A stretch of 64,000 nt of DNA. It comes from Hormiphora californensis (taxonomy: Eukaryota > Animalia > Ctenophora). The number at the start of each line of letters is the position of its first letter. The stretch's first letter is position 1. The stretch lies in assembly GCA_020137815.1 (NCBI GenBank), contig CM035358.1, positions 7,874,001 through 7,938,000 of the forward strand, given 5' to 3'. Below, in pieces: positions 1-16,754 of this stretch. The notes below the pieces were generated by a model that was not told where the DNA came from, ran no database searches, and worked only from the letters and a program-made list of their open reading frames with translations. Position numbers and translations under genes: made by a program.

Positions 1-403
1 CTGGAGGGCATCTCGCCTCGTAAAAGTCCAGCTGTGGGAGCGGGGTAGTTTTAGTTTGGATATTTCACACGACATATGTTGAGTAAGGGGGAAGAGTGTG
101 TCTTCCACCTTACTCAACAACACGGCATGGTTAAGGGTAGGAAAGAGCACGGGGAAATGGGAAAGGTGTGCAATGGAAACCATGAAGACAAAACATATTG
201 CATAACTAATATCCGGTGACCTCGAATTATCATACCTCGAATGAGTAATCTTCAGTGGCGATGGTGCCACTGGATTTCAACTTGCTGCACGAATTAAAGA
301 AAGTCTGATCAGTACTGATCTTGTTATCAATCTCATCCGCTAACTTCGTTACTTCGTTCGTTACCTCTGTGTAGTAACTCTGTATGTCAGAGTTCAGGTC
401 AAC
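1..403 (-). CDS. Downstream glypican-like exons, running off the left edge of the window
   Basis: Phase-0 exon 403-236 (ttcccag|VDLNSDIQSYYTEVTNEVTKLADEIDNKISTDQTFFNSCSKLKSSGTIATEDYSFE|gtatga) resembles the glypican helix ending in ...KVFQGCG. The next exon starts at 31 (cccacag|LDFYEARCPP). Its phase matches the donor at 5314. Confidence 0.6.
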
Positions 404-770
404 CTGGGAAGAGAGGTACAATTGTAGTTCATAATCATAGTTGTTGAGTAAGGGGTGGGAGAGGGTTCTTCTCCACCCCTTACGAAACAAGTTCATCTGA
501 GTTTATGATGAGATGGGCAGGATATTTATTGTGGTATTAGAGTGGTTAACCACCACCACCGTCACCCCATGAAGGGAATTCGCCTCGTGGGGTGACGCTG
601 CACCCTATACTACCACAACAATCAAAGTTACTATGGATAATGAGGATACCTAGTTGCCTCATGTTCGATCCAACTCCCCCCGGGTTAGGGTTTGAACAAA
701 ACATACTAAAGTATAGTGAATCGGGAAAATTGAGTTGTCTAAAAAAGACACAATGACCCCGTTTTGATAG

Positions 771-5314
<4,544 letters not shown>

Positions 5315-5450
5315 GTAGGTGTAAATGTTGTGCCCCAAATACCATATTTGGTAAAGTGTGTGTCACCATGGTAACCCCCCCCCCCCCAAGTGTAGTACTG
5401 CAAGTGCAGCTGTTTCAAACGTAGTAGTGCAAACAGTAGTTATTTTTTGA

Positions 5451-8400
5451 GATCACTATTTTGCAGTTTGGTGTATGTTTCGTCGTCAGTTCTCTGCCTT
5501 GTTTCACCGGGATAGGTTGTACATTTCTGTGTTTCGTGTATTGTATACTGTCTAGACACTGTCTAGGTCGGGACAGGTTGTACACTTCTTTGTTCGTGTG
5601 TTGTACATGGTCTTGTCTCTCTAGAACGGGATTTGTTGTACACAGCCTTGCTCCGGGTATGGTACACTGTCTGGTCGTCTTTTCTGTGTTGAACTTACTC
5701 CCGCAATCTCTTCATTCTCCCCATAAATTGCTAAATCAGAACACTTCCGTCTACATAGCAACACCCCCTTTCAGTGGCGAGTTATTTCAAAGTTCACTGC
5801 CGCTCAGACTCAGAGTCTGAGCCGCACACGCTTCCTCCTAATCCATTCTCTAGCTTGTATAACTTTGCGGCGGAGAGAACTCTTCCCATGAGATGCAGTG
5901 TCCTGTAATCTGTTCAGATCACTATTTTGCAGTTTGGTGTATGTTTCGTCGTCAGTTCTCTGCCTTGTTTCACCGGGATAGGTTGTACATTTCTGTGTTT
6001 CGTGTATTGTATACTGTCTAGACACTGTCTAGGTCGGGACAGGTTGTACACTTCTTTGTTCCGTGTGTTGTACATGGTCTTGTCTCTTCTAGAACGGGAT
6101 TGGTTGTACACAGCCTTGCTCCGGGTATGGTACACTGTCTGGTCGTCTTTTCTGTGTTGAACTACCTCCCGCCGTCTCTTCATCCTCCCCATCATTTGCT
6201 AAATCTGAACACCTCCGTCTCCATAGAAACACCCCCTTCAGTGGCGAGTTATTTCAAAGTTCACTGCCGCTCAGACTCAGAGTCTGAGCCGCACACGCTT
6301 CCTCCTACTCATTCTCTAGCTTGTATAACTTTGCGGCGGAGAGAACTCTTCCCATGAGATGCAGTGTCCTGTAATCTGTTCAGATCACTATTTTGCAGTT
6401 TGGTGTATGTTTCGTCGTCAGTTCTCTGCCTTGTTTCACCGGGATAGGTTGTACATTTCTGTGTTTCGTGTATTGTATACTGTCTAGACACTTGTCTAGG
6501 TCGGGACAGGTTGTACACTTCTTTGTTCCGTGTGTTGTACATGGTCTTGTCTCTTCTAGAACGGGATTGGTTGTACACAGCCTTGCTCCGGGTATGGTAC
6601 ACTGTCTGGTCGTCTTTTCTGTGTTGAACTTACTCCCGCAATCTCTTCATTCTCCCCATAAATTGCTAAATCAGAACACTTCCGTCTACATAGCAACACC
6701 CCCTTTCAGTGGCGAGTTATTTCAAAGTTCACTGCCGCTCAGACTCAGAGTCTGAGCCGCACACGCTTCCTCCTACTCATTCTCTAGCTTGTATAACTTT
6801 GCGGCGAGAGAACTCTTCCCATGAGATGCAGTGTCCTGGAATCTGTTCAGATCACTATTTTGCAGTTTAGTGTATGTTTGTCGTCACTTCTCGGCCTTGT
6901 TTTGACCGGGATAGGTTGTACATTTCTGTGTTTCGTGTATTGTATACTGTCTAGACACTTGTCTAGGTCGGGACAGGTTGTACACTTCTTTGTTCCGTGT
7001 GTTTTACATGTCTTGTCTCTTCTAGAACGGGATGGTTGTTACACAGCCTTGCTCCGGGTATGGTACACTGTCTGGTCGTCTTTTCTGTGTTGAACTTACT
7101 CCCGCAATCCTTCATTTCCCATAAATTGCTAAATCAGAACACTTCCGTCTACATAGCAACACCCCCTTTCAGTGGCGAGTATTTCAAAGTTCACTGCCGC
7201 TCAGACTCAGAGTCTGAGCCGCACACGCTTCTCCCTACTCCTTCTCTAGCTTGTATAACTTTGCGGCGGAGAGAACTCTTCCCATGAGATGCAGTGTCCT
7301 GTAATCTGTTCAGATCACTATTTTGCAGTTTGGTGTATGTTTCGTCGTCAGTTCTCTGCCTTGTTTCACCGGGATAGGTTGTACATTTCTGTGTTTCGTG
7401 TATTGTATACTGTCTAGACACTTGTCTAGGTCGGGACAGGTTGTACACTTCTTTGTTCCGTGTGTTGTACATGGTCTTGTCTCTTCTAGAACGGGATTGG
7501 TTGTACACAGCCTTGCTCCGGGTATGGTACACTGTCTGGTCGTCTTTTCTGTGTTGAACTTACTCCGCAATCTTTCATTTCTCCCATAAATTGCTAAATC
7601 AGAACACTTCCGTCTACATAGCAACACCCCCTTTCAGTGGCGAGTTATTTCAAAGTTCACTGCCGCTCAGACTCAGAGTCTGAGCCGCACACGCTTCCTC
7701 CTACTCATTCTCTAGCTTGTATAACTTTGCGGCGGAGAGAACTCTTCCCATGAGATGCAGTGTCCTGTAATCTGTTCAGATCACTATTTTGCAGTTTGGT
7801 GTATGTTTCGTCGTCAGTTCTCTGCCTTGTTTCACCGGGATAGGTTGTACATTTCTGTGTTTCGTGTATTGTATACTGTCTAGACACTTGTCTAGGTCGG
7901 GACAGGTTGTACACTTCTTTGTTCCGTGTGTTGTACATGGTCTTGTCTCTTCTAGAACGGGATTGGTTGTACACAGCCTTGCTCCGGTATGGTACACACT
8001 GTCTGGTCGCTTTTCTGTGTTGAACTTACTCCCGCAATCTCTTCATTCTCCCCATAAATTGCTAAATCAGAACACTTCCGTCTACATAGCAACACCCCCT
8101 TTCAGTGGCGAGTTATTTCAAAGTTCACTGCCGCTCAGACTCAGAGTCTGAGCCGCACACGCTTCCTCCTACTCATTCTCTAGCTTGTAAACTTTGCGGC
8201 GGAGAGAACTCTTCCCATGAGATGCAGTGTCCTGTAATCTGTTCAGATCACATTTTTGCAGTTGGGTGTATGTTTCGTCGTCAGTTCTCTGCTTGTTTCA
8301 CCGGGATAGGTTGTACATTTCGTGTTTCGTGTATTGTATACTGTCTAGACACTTGTCTAGGTCGGGACAGGTTGTACACTTCTTTGTTCCGTGTGTTGTA

Positions 8401-10345
8401 CATGGTCTGTCTCTTCTAGAACGGGATGGTTGTACACAGCCTTGCTCCGGGTATGGACACTGTCTGGTCGTCTTTTCTGTGTTGAACTTACTCCCGCAAT
8501 CTCTTCATTCTCCCCATAAATTGCTAAATCAGAACACTTCCGTCTACATAGCAACACCCCCTTTCAGTGGCGAGTTATTTCAAAGTTCACTGCCGCTCAG
8601 ACTCAGAGTCTGAGCCGCACACGCTTCCTCCTACTCATTCTCTAGCTTGTATAACTTTGCGGCGGAGAGAACTCTTCCCATGAGATGCAGTGTCCTGTAA
8701 TCTGTTCAGATCACTATTTTGCAGTTTAGTGTATGTTTGTCGTCACTTCTCGGCCTTGTTTTGAACGGGACAAGTTATACATTGCTGTGTTTCGTGTATT
8801 GTATACTGTCTAGACACTTGTCTAGGTCGGGACAGGTTGTACACTTTTTGTTCCGTGTGTTGTACATGGTCTTGTCTCTTCTAGAACGGATTGGTTGTAC
8901 ACAGCCTTGCTCCGGGTATGGTACACTGTCTGGTCGTCTTTTCGTGTGTGAACTTACTCCCGCAATCTCTTCATCTCTCCCCATAAATTGCTAAATCAGA
9001 ACACTTCCGTCTACATAGCAACACCCCCTTTCAGTGGCGAGTTATTTTCAAAGTTCACTGCCGCTCAGACTCAGAGTCTGAGCCGCACACGCTCCTCCTA
9101 CTCCTTCTCTAGCTCGTATAACTTTGCGGTGGAGAGAACTCTGCCCATGATATGCAGTGTCCTGGAAACGGTTCAAAACACTATTTTGCAGTTTAGTGTA
9201 TGTTTGTCGTCACTTCTCGGCCTTGTTTTGAACGGGACAAGTTATACATTGCTGTGTTTCGTGTATTGTATACTGTCTAGACACTTGTCTAGGTCGGGAC
9301 AGGTTGTACACTCCTTTGTTCCGTGTGTTGACATGGTCTTGTCTCTTCTAGAACGGGATTGGTGTGTACACAGCCTTGCTCCGGGTATGGTACACTGTCT
9401 GGTCGTCTTTTCTGTGTTGAACTTACTCCCGCAATCTTCATTCTCCCCATAAATTGCTAAATCAGAACACTTCCGTCTTACATAGCAAACCCCCTTTCAG
9501 TGGGAGTTATTTCAAAGTTCACTGCCGCTCAGACTCAGAGTCTGAGCCGCACACGCTTCCTCCTACTCATTCTCTAGCTTGTATAACTTGCGGCGGAGAG
9601 AACTCTTCCCATGAGATGCAGTGTCCTGAATCTGTTCAGATCACTATTTGCAGTTTGGTGTATGTTTCGTCGTCAGTTCTCTGCCTTGTTTCACCGGGAT
9701 AGGTTGTACAATTCTGTGTTCGTGTATTGTTACTGTCTAGACACTTGTCTAGGTCGGGACAGGTTGTACACTTCTTTGTTCCGGTGTTGTACATGGTCTT
9801 GTCTCTTCTAGAACGGGATTGTTGTACACAGCTTGCTCCGGGTATGGTACACTGTCTGGTCGTCTTTTCTGTGTTGAACTTACTCCCGCAATCTCTTCAT
9901 TCTCCCCATAAATGCTAAATCAGAACACTTCCGTCTACATAGCAACACCCCTTTCAGTGGCGAGTATTTCAAAGGTCACTGCCGCTCAGACTCAGAGTCT
10001 GAGCCGCACACGCTTCCTCCTACTCATTCTCTAGCTTGTATAACTTTGCGGCGGGAGAGAACTCTTCCCATGAGATGCAGTGTCCTGTAATCTGTTCAGA
10101 TCACTATTTTGCAGTTGGTGTATGTTTCGTCGTCAGTTCTCTGCCTTTGTTCACCGGGATAGGTTGTACATTTCTGTGTTTCGTGTATTGTATACTGTCT
10201 AGACACTTGTCTAGGTCGGGACAGGTTGTCACTTCTTTGTTCCGTGTGTTGTACATGGTCTTGTCTCTCTAGAACGGGATTGGTTGTACACAGCCTTGCT
10301 CCGGGTATGGTACACTGTCTGGTCGTCTTTTCTGTGTTGAACTAC
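5451..10345. repeat. ~466-bp tandem repeat array, ~10.5 copies
   Basis: Unit start gatcactattttgcagttt recurs at ~5451, 5917, 6383, 6850, 7313, 7779, 8245, 8709, 9176, 9639 and 10099. Each unit has internal ggttgtacac sub-repeats and a ctcagactcagagtctgag palindrome. Confidence 0.95.
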
Positions 10346-11664
10346 CTCCACCCCCCCTCCGCCCCACCCTCCCGCCCCCACCCCACCGCCTAAGTAGAGG
10401 ACTTTGTGAAACACGCCAGTACAGGGACAATCCTTGTGTTTTGGTGCACTAAGTCGCTTATCGCGTGTAACAACTCTCAATTGTTCTTATCTGTCCCACC
10501 CGACTTGTCCTATAGAACATCGTACACATTCTAGGGACGCTACAATCTGTCCCACCTCTTATTTGTATTTGATCGTTTTTGTTCATCTTGATCTCTACTG
10601 GAAGTGGAAATGGTACACCTCTCATCTGATCACCAACAACATCACGGTACCAATCAATAATCATACATCAAAAAGCTGTAAGTTCATCTGTCTGTATTGT
10701 CTGTTCATCTATTGTGTACCATTGATAATGATCCGGAGTAACCTTACCAATCAATAATTTACTTAGAGCTACTATAGACAGACTACCCCAGACCCAAGCT
10801 TGAGAAGTGTCCACTCGACGGACCGTCGTCGTAACAAACAAACAAAAGGCCTACCTGCACAGCCACCAAGCTTGAAAATGTTGCCCCCTAATTTGTCTTT
10901 TGCTTATTCGCAAGATAACTGCAATGTCCTCACGGGGCGGAGATGCGAAGAGTGCAACCGACCTTTAACCGTGGGGTCTGCGTAAGTGTCTTGCAAGTAC
11001 AATGACTGACTGACAACATGAATGCAATGATATCAACTGACCACAACACGATGACAGACGCTATGACGAGGTTGCAATGTCGTTCTGCCCTAACGGGCAG
11101 AGTTTGGCACGCTATAACCTATCTGTACCACCACCACCACCACAGTAGTTATTTATTCGCAGTCCTTAAATCGCCCCTCCTCTTTTTATACATCCTCCAA
11201 ATCAAAAAACAACTTACTGTGCCCACTAATGACCACAATTCGATCTATGAGTATGCAAAGTAGCCCCCCTCAGTACTAACTACTACACGTATGCAAAATA
11301 GCCTCCCCCAGTACTGTTACGGTCAATCGCCCTTTATATGTTGACAGTGCCGCCCTCCCCCCTACTATCGTACTACTTAGCATATGTATAATACTACTAC
11401 TTACTAACTGCCGCCCTACTATAACTCACCCCTCGCAGCTACTACCGATTTAACACCGTTCTGTCAAAGTGGAATAGCTCTGTACCTAAACTAACAACTC
11501 ATCACCAGTATCAAAAGACCCACTAATTCCTCCCACGGCCCACACACCAAATAAAGTTCCTCCTGTTTAAGGTACACACGAATAGTTCACTTCCCACCAA
11601 CAGTGCTCAATCAGGATCCCGAGAGCCGAATAACAAAGAGAAACAGGTTGCCTTTTTACCGTAC

Positions 11665-13875
11665 CTCAGGAAAAGGTTGATCACATTGCTGCCGGAGGTT
11701 CGCCCAGTCCCCTATCGATGGTGTGGTGGAGAGAGCCCTGTTACATGCCTCTGCACATGTCAGATTAACCCTCGTTGAGTAACAGCACTCCTTCAGATGG
11801 ACATAGTCTGATATACACGAATACAGGGCCACCTACAGGGGAGAGGGAAGGAGTGAATTCGTAGTCTGATATACACGAATATAGGGCCACCTACACAGGA
11901 GAGGGGGTGTTACTGAATTCGTAGTCTGATATACACGAATATAGGGCCACCTACACAGGAGAGGGGGTGTTACTGAATTCGATAAATGGGATTAGGGGTA
12001 TTATCACTATATCTCTCTGTAACTTTTAAGCTACTTAAATAACACACAGGGATATTTGATTTGAAGTATTGAAAGACTGGGGATTTTATTATATTTGTGT
12101 GTTCTGAATCACTGTTCTCTGTCAAAGGGGGGGGGGATGATCATGACTCTAATTCTAAATGACCACCCCCCCCCCCCCCCCCGGTGAATTGACCACACCA
12201 GTTACATTTCGCACCCCCCCCCCCCCTACTGGCCCCAGTTTCCTGCGGTGGACAACTTTCATAATAGCCTCTAAACCCCATCTGAAGCAGGGCTAGGGAT
12301 ATAATATTCTCACCAAAGTTATATCACCACTTGTAATATTCTAACCCTCCTTTAAATTTGCGGGGGGGGGGGGGGTTGAAACAGGGTCGAGCAAGGCAAG
12401 GCACAGCGTAAGCACTAGGTAACTCACCTCAATCTCTCTCTCACACTCACCTCAGTGGTTCTATTGCACTTCCCGTTAAAGTCAGAGAGGGGATGGGAGG
12501 TCTGACAAGCGCCCCCGCACTGTTGTGATACCGCCCTGTCGCAGCAGATAGGAACCCCTACTGGTAACCCATAGTTTGACCTGGTGACACACTTTACTAG
12601 TCTCTGCTGTACCTGGGGGGGGGAGATGTTACATTAGATAGAGAGGTGACACACTTTACTAATCTCTGCTGTATCTGGGGGGGGGGGGAGGTTATCATCT
12701 TTAGAAAGAGAGGTTATATAATTTCAGAAGAAGAGAGGTGATATGTCATATGGATATTACTTTAAGCCGCTATGAAGTTCAAGGTAGATAGATGATCTTA
12801 TGGATTATGGTGGTCACTGGAGAGATAGAGAGAAGCAGATGTGAAGACATGAGACTGGATCGAGAGATAGAGGTATTAAGGGAAGCAGATGTAGAGAGAG
12901 ATAGAGAGGTCTGAGGTGATGAGTAAATATAGAGACTTGAGGTTAGCTGAGAGGATTATAGAGCTGGATTATAACCCCGTCTTCTATAGAGCTGGATTAC
13001 TTATAACCCCGTCTTCTTCTATTATAACATATCATTGTGGTCTAGTCGGCATATTATCCCCCCTCCCCTCCTCCTCCCTTGTAACAACATTCAAAACAAA
13101 CACTGATCTTTTGTAATAATAGGGGGCTCTGTAGATAGAGGGGGCTCAGTAGAGAAAATATAGAGGGGCTCGACTTAGAGAAAATATAGGGGGCTAAATG
13201 GAGAAAAAATATGGGGGCTAAATGGAGAAATTTAAAAGTCTTCTTTTACAAAGTTAGGAAAGTATTTTAGTGAATTGGCTAATTATCTACTACCTGTTAA
13301 TTATCTACTAATAACCTACTAATTACCTGCTAACTATCTACTAATTACCTGTCGAGATGTAGCACAGGGGAAGAGAGTTGGTTTGAACTCTGTGATGTTC
13401 TCATCTGCAATCACTTCCTTGCAGTGTTCAAGGCAACTAGGGTCATCCTCAAGATGCATAGCGCAACATACTTCATCGATATAAAAATCTGGGAAGGGAG
13501 TTAGGGGTCACATAGCGCAACATACTTCATCGATATAAAAATCTGGGGAGGGAGTTAGGGGTCACATAGCACAACATACTTCATCGATATAAAAATCTGG
13601 GGAGGAGTAAAGCAGATTGTAGCAGATCACAGATGTAAAGGGGATGGGGTATAAAAGTCGTCCCCGATTGTAGACTGTGATAATCTCCCCTGGTATTATA
13701 ACGTACATGATGATAGATATTTAGGGGCTGACTGGGGATTGGGGGGGGGTCTCATGTTGTTTTTGAGACCCCCCTCCTCGGCTCACTTGAAATCATGACA
13801 GATCTCTGACTTACTAGCAACACATGTGAGAGGAAGGAAGAGAAGTATTATACAGAGGGAGCTGGTCCAGCTCAT
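11665..13875 (-). CDS. 5' exons of a secreted RECK-like protein: signal peptide plus three CC (cysteine-knot) domains
   Basis: Four phase-compatible GT-AG exons: 13875-13815 (MSWTSSLCIILLFLPLTCVA, signal peptide); 13488-13349 (FYIDEVCCAMHLEDDPSCLEHCKEVI...FPCATSRQ); 12612-12451 (VQQRLVKCVT...ICCDRAVSQQCGGACQ...KCNRTTE); 11832-11665 (VALYSCISDYVHLKECCYSTRVNLTCAEACNRAL...QQCDQPFPE). The CC-x(6-9)-C-x3-C...C...LxxC spacing matches RECK CC repeats. Not shown by the ORF track. Confidence 0.85.
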
Positions 13876-13994
13876 ATCACGTCATCGCTGTCTTTATCTT
13901 TCTCTATCTTTGCTAGTTTGGGTTATGTGTGAGTGAGGGATGGAGACGGTACGGAGAAAAAAAAACTCAAATTAAAAAGGAAGGAGAGAGAGAG

Positions 13995-14040
<46 letters not shown>

Positions 14041-14270
14041 GGATAGCTAGATAGATGGGCCGCCCTAAACCCACATAAAATATTTAATATCTGACGGCGG
14101 ACAGTCTCCAATTAGCTAAACACGGGTCTAGGGAGGCAGTCTCCAATTATATAGGTCTAAAGAGAGGTCGACTGTGTCGCTGTGTGTAGGGAAGCCAGAC
14201 TCTCTATCTTGGTGTGTCTGACAGACAGAGTACAGTTACCGGCTCAGGAAGTTTTAGGGGAGAGAGAGAG

Positions 14271-14336
<66 letters not shown>

Positions 14337-15364
14337 GAGAGAGAGAGAGATACCGTTTGTGAGTGTCTGTCCCCCTCCCGCTCTCTTGTTTCTATCACGC
14401 CCTAGTCCAGGGTACATTTCCGGGTCAGACAAAAGCGAGAGAGAGAGGGAGGGCCATGGAGATGGAGGGAGAGAGGAAGAGAGAGGGAGGGATGGAGTGG
14501 GGGAGGTGAGATAGATAGAGATCGGAGAGGGGGATGAGAGAGATGGTAGGGACTAGGGATCTACTGCAGGGGACTGCTAGAACTCAAGGCCGAGTCATAT
14601 TTTGATAGACTTAGAGATCTAAGAGCTCCACCCTGTTCTAAAATAGGATGATACTTGGATGGTGAGGGAGAGAATATAATAAAGATCATATTTTGATAAT
14701 CTTAGAGATCTAAGATTTAAACAAGCAGCCAAAATTGAAACTGAGTATTGGGTTTTTTCCAGGTGCCTGGTACACAAGGTACCGACAAAGGGAACAAGGG
14801 ATCAAAAGCAGGGCGGTATGTGTAGAGGAAATATTGTAATTATTGTTGCATCAGAATTATTGTATCACTATAATTCAACAAATTCAACAATACGTTTGAA
14901 AATCACGAGAAAGTGCAACAGCAAGTGTGCCAGGCTAGGCAGACTGTTATTTCGTTTTATATCGGTACAGACATATCAACAAAGTAATACTGGAGATATT
15001 CCGTTCTGTGGAAGACTACCAAACTAGCAATTTCATGCACATTCACAACTCCTATCTCGTTTTGAAGTGGCCCTCCCACCTCCCTCTCTCTCCCTCTTTC
15101 CCACCTCCCTCTCTCTCCCTCTTTCCCACCTCCCTCTCTCTCCCACCTCCCTCTTTCCCGCTTCTTTCTCCCTCTCCCTCCCTCTCTCCAGTCTCAACCC
15201 CCTCTCTTCCTCTCACTCACCAAACGATTATGAAAGTAGAGTTGTTACACTCGAGCCAGCTAGTCGGCATAATCACAGTGCATGTAGAGATAGAAAGAGA
15301 GAGAGAGAGATAGCGGAGAGAGCGTAGATAAGAGAGAGAGATAAGAGAGAGATAGGGAAGAGAT

Positions 15365-15417
<53 letters not shown>

Positions 15418-16754
15418 GATCGGAGAGCTCTCTCAGAGAGATAGTCGATTACGCCCGCCGGGACGCGTGGGGCGTCCGAGCGACGACCCCGATTGTGAGA
15501 GAAAGAAATAATATTAAAAAGGTTATTAGTTTTATCTTTTTGGTTTCATGTTTCACCCTGGTGAGCCTCGTTACGGTTTATGCACCAAGAGAGAAAAAAC
15601 GATTATACGAATAAATTTACTTTCTCTTGTCTATCTTCTCTCCCACTGTCCCCCCTTTCTCTCCCTCTCTCCACTCTCCCTCTCTTATTCTCCCATAAAA
15701 AGATAAAAATACAAATTATGCTAAACCAACTCCACCCTGACCAGGCCAAAATGACAAAAAATTCAAAACATCTGGATGAAGGATTCTTAATCCCCCGAGA
15801 ACGAATAGTTGTGACACTGCCATACCGATTTGGTAGCTCGCTATCGATGCTAGCACACGGTTTTCGGGTTACCGTGGTTGGTGACTTATAACCTGCATGC
15901 TCAACTCAGGTTCTTGGGTTATATCGTACAAATTCACCCATCTCCGAAAATAGAAAAATGAAGTGATTGGCGGAAATTACAAACAAGCATTCAACCCACA
16001 AGTATTTTCCCCAGAGTGATGAATTTTTCAAGTTTTACATTGCTTTAATTTGTCATTAAAAACAGTGTGACGTCATAACGTGACGTCATAATGTGACGAT
16101 ACATGTGACGTTGTATTGTACACATGTATCGTCACATTATGACGTCATAATAATGTGACGATACATGTGACGTTGTATTGTACATGGCTATCGCTGTGTT
16201 TACACATTGAAGCCCACGCAACCAGGCTAAGAGGTAGAGTCGAGAGGTAGAAAGTAGAGAGAAGAATGAGAGTGAGAGAGAGAGAAAGATAGAGGGAGAG
16301 AGAGAAAGTTATAGCTTTGTTTATAGCTCTGACCAATGATCTCACACGTACGAAAGTTGGAATCGACAAAATAATTTGCATTTGAAACTTATTATATCAA
16401 CTTAGGACACTTTGGTATTTTGCAGCTTTTGGTAGTTTGTCCTTGCTTTTGTATGATCCAGGGTTACATCATCTGATGATACAATCCTTCAATAATGTAA
16501 CATTGATACTAAAATTATAGAAGTTGAGGCTTTGCGACACTTGTGCTGAACTAGTGTAAGTTTGTGTGTGCATCTTTGTATTGCGGGGATATATATAAAA
16601 GATCCACACTCCCTTCTCTCTTTGTTAAATATTTGCCCTTGTGTTGTGTGTGCTGATCCATCATCATGGAAAGACCCAGCTAGTATGGTGTTGGAGCGGT
16701 TCTTCAAAAGGGTGGACAGTCGGGGCAGTAACATGGACCAGACCCCTGTAGTTG

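Noticed and set aside
5461-10480. Many 60-150 aa ORFs in the 466-bp array
   Set aside because: Frames break differently in each unit; no consistent splice structure or recognisable domain.
10800-11263. Next RECK exon directly downstream of 11665
   Set aside because: In the minus-strand frames I read, none had a suitable acceptor and RECK-like Cys pattern; the small + strand ORFs are unrecognisable.
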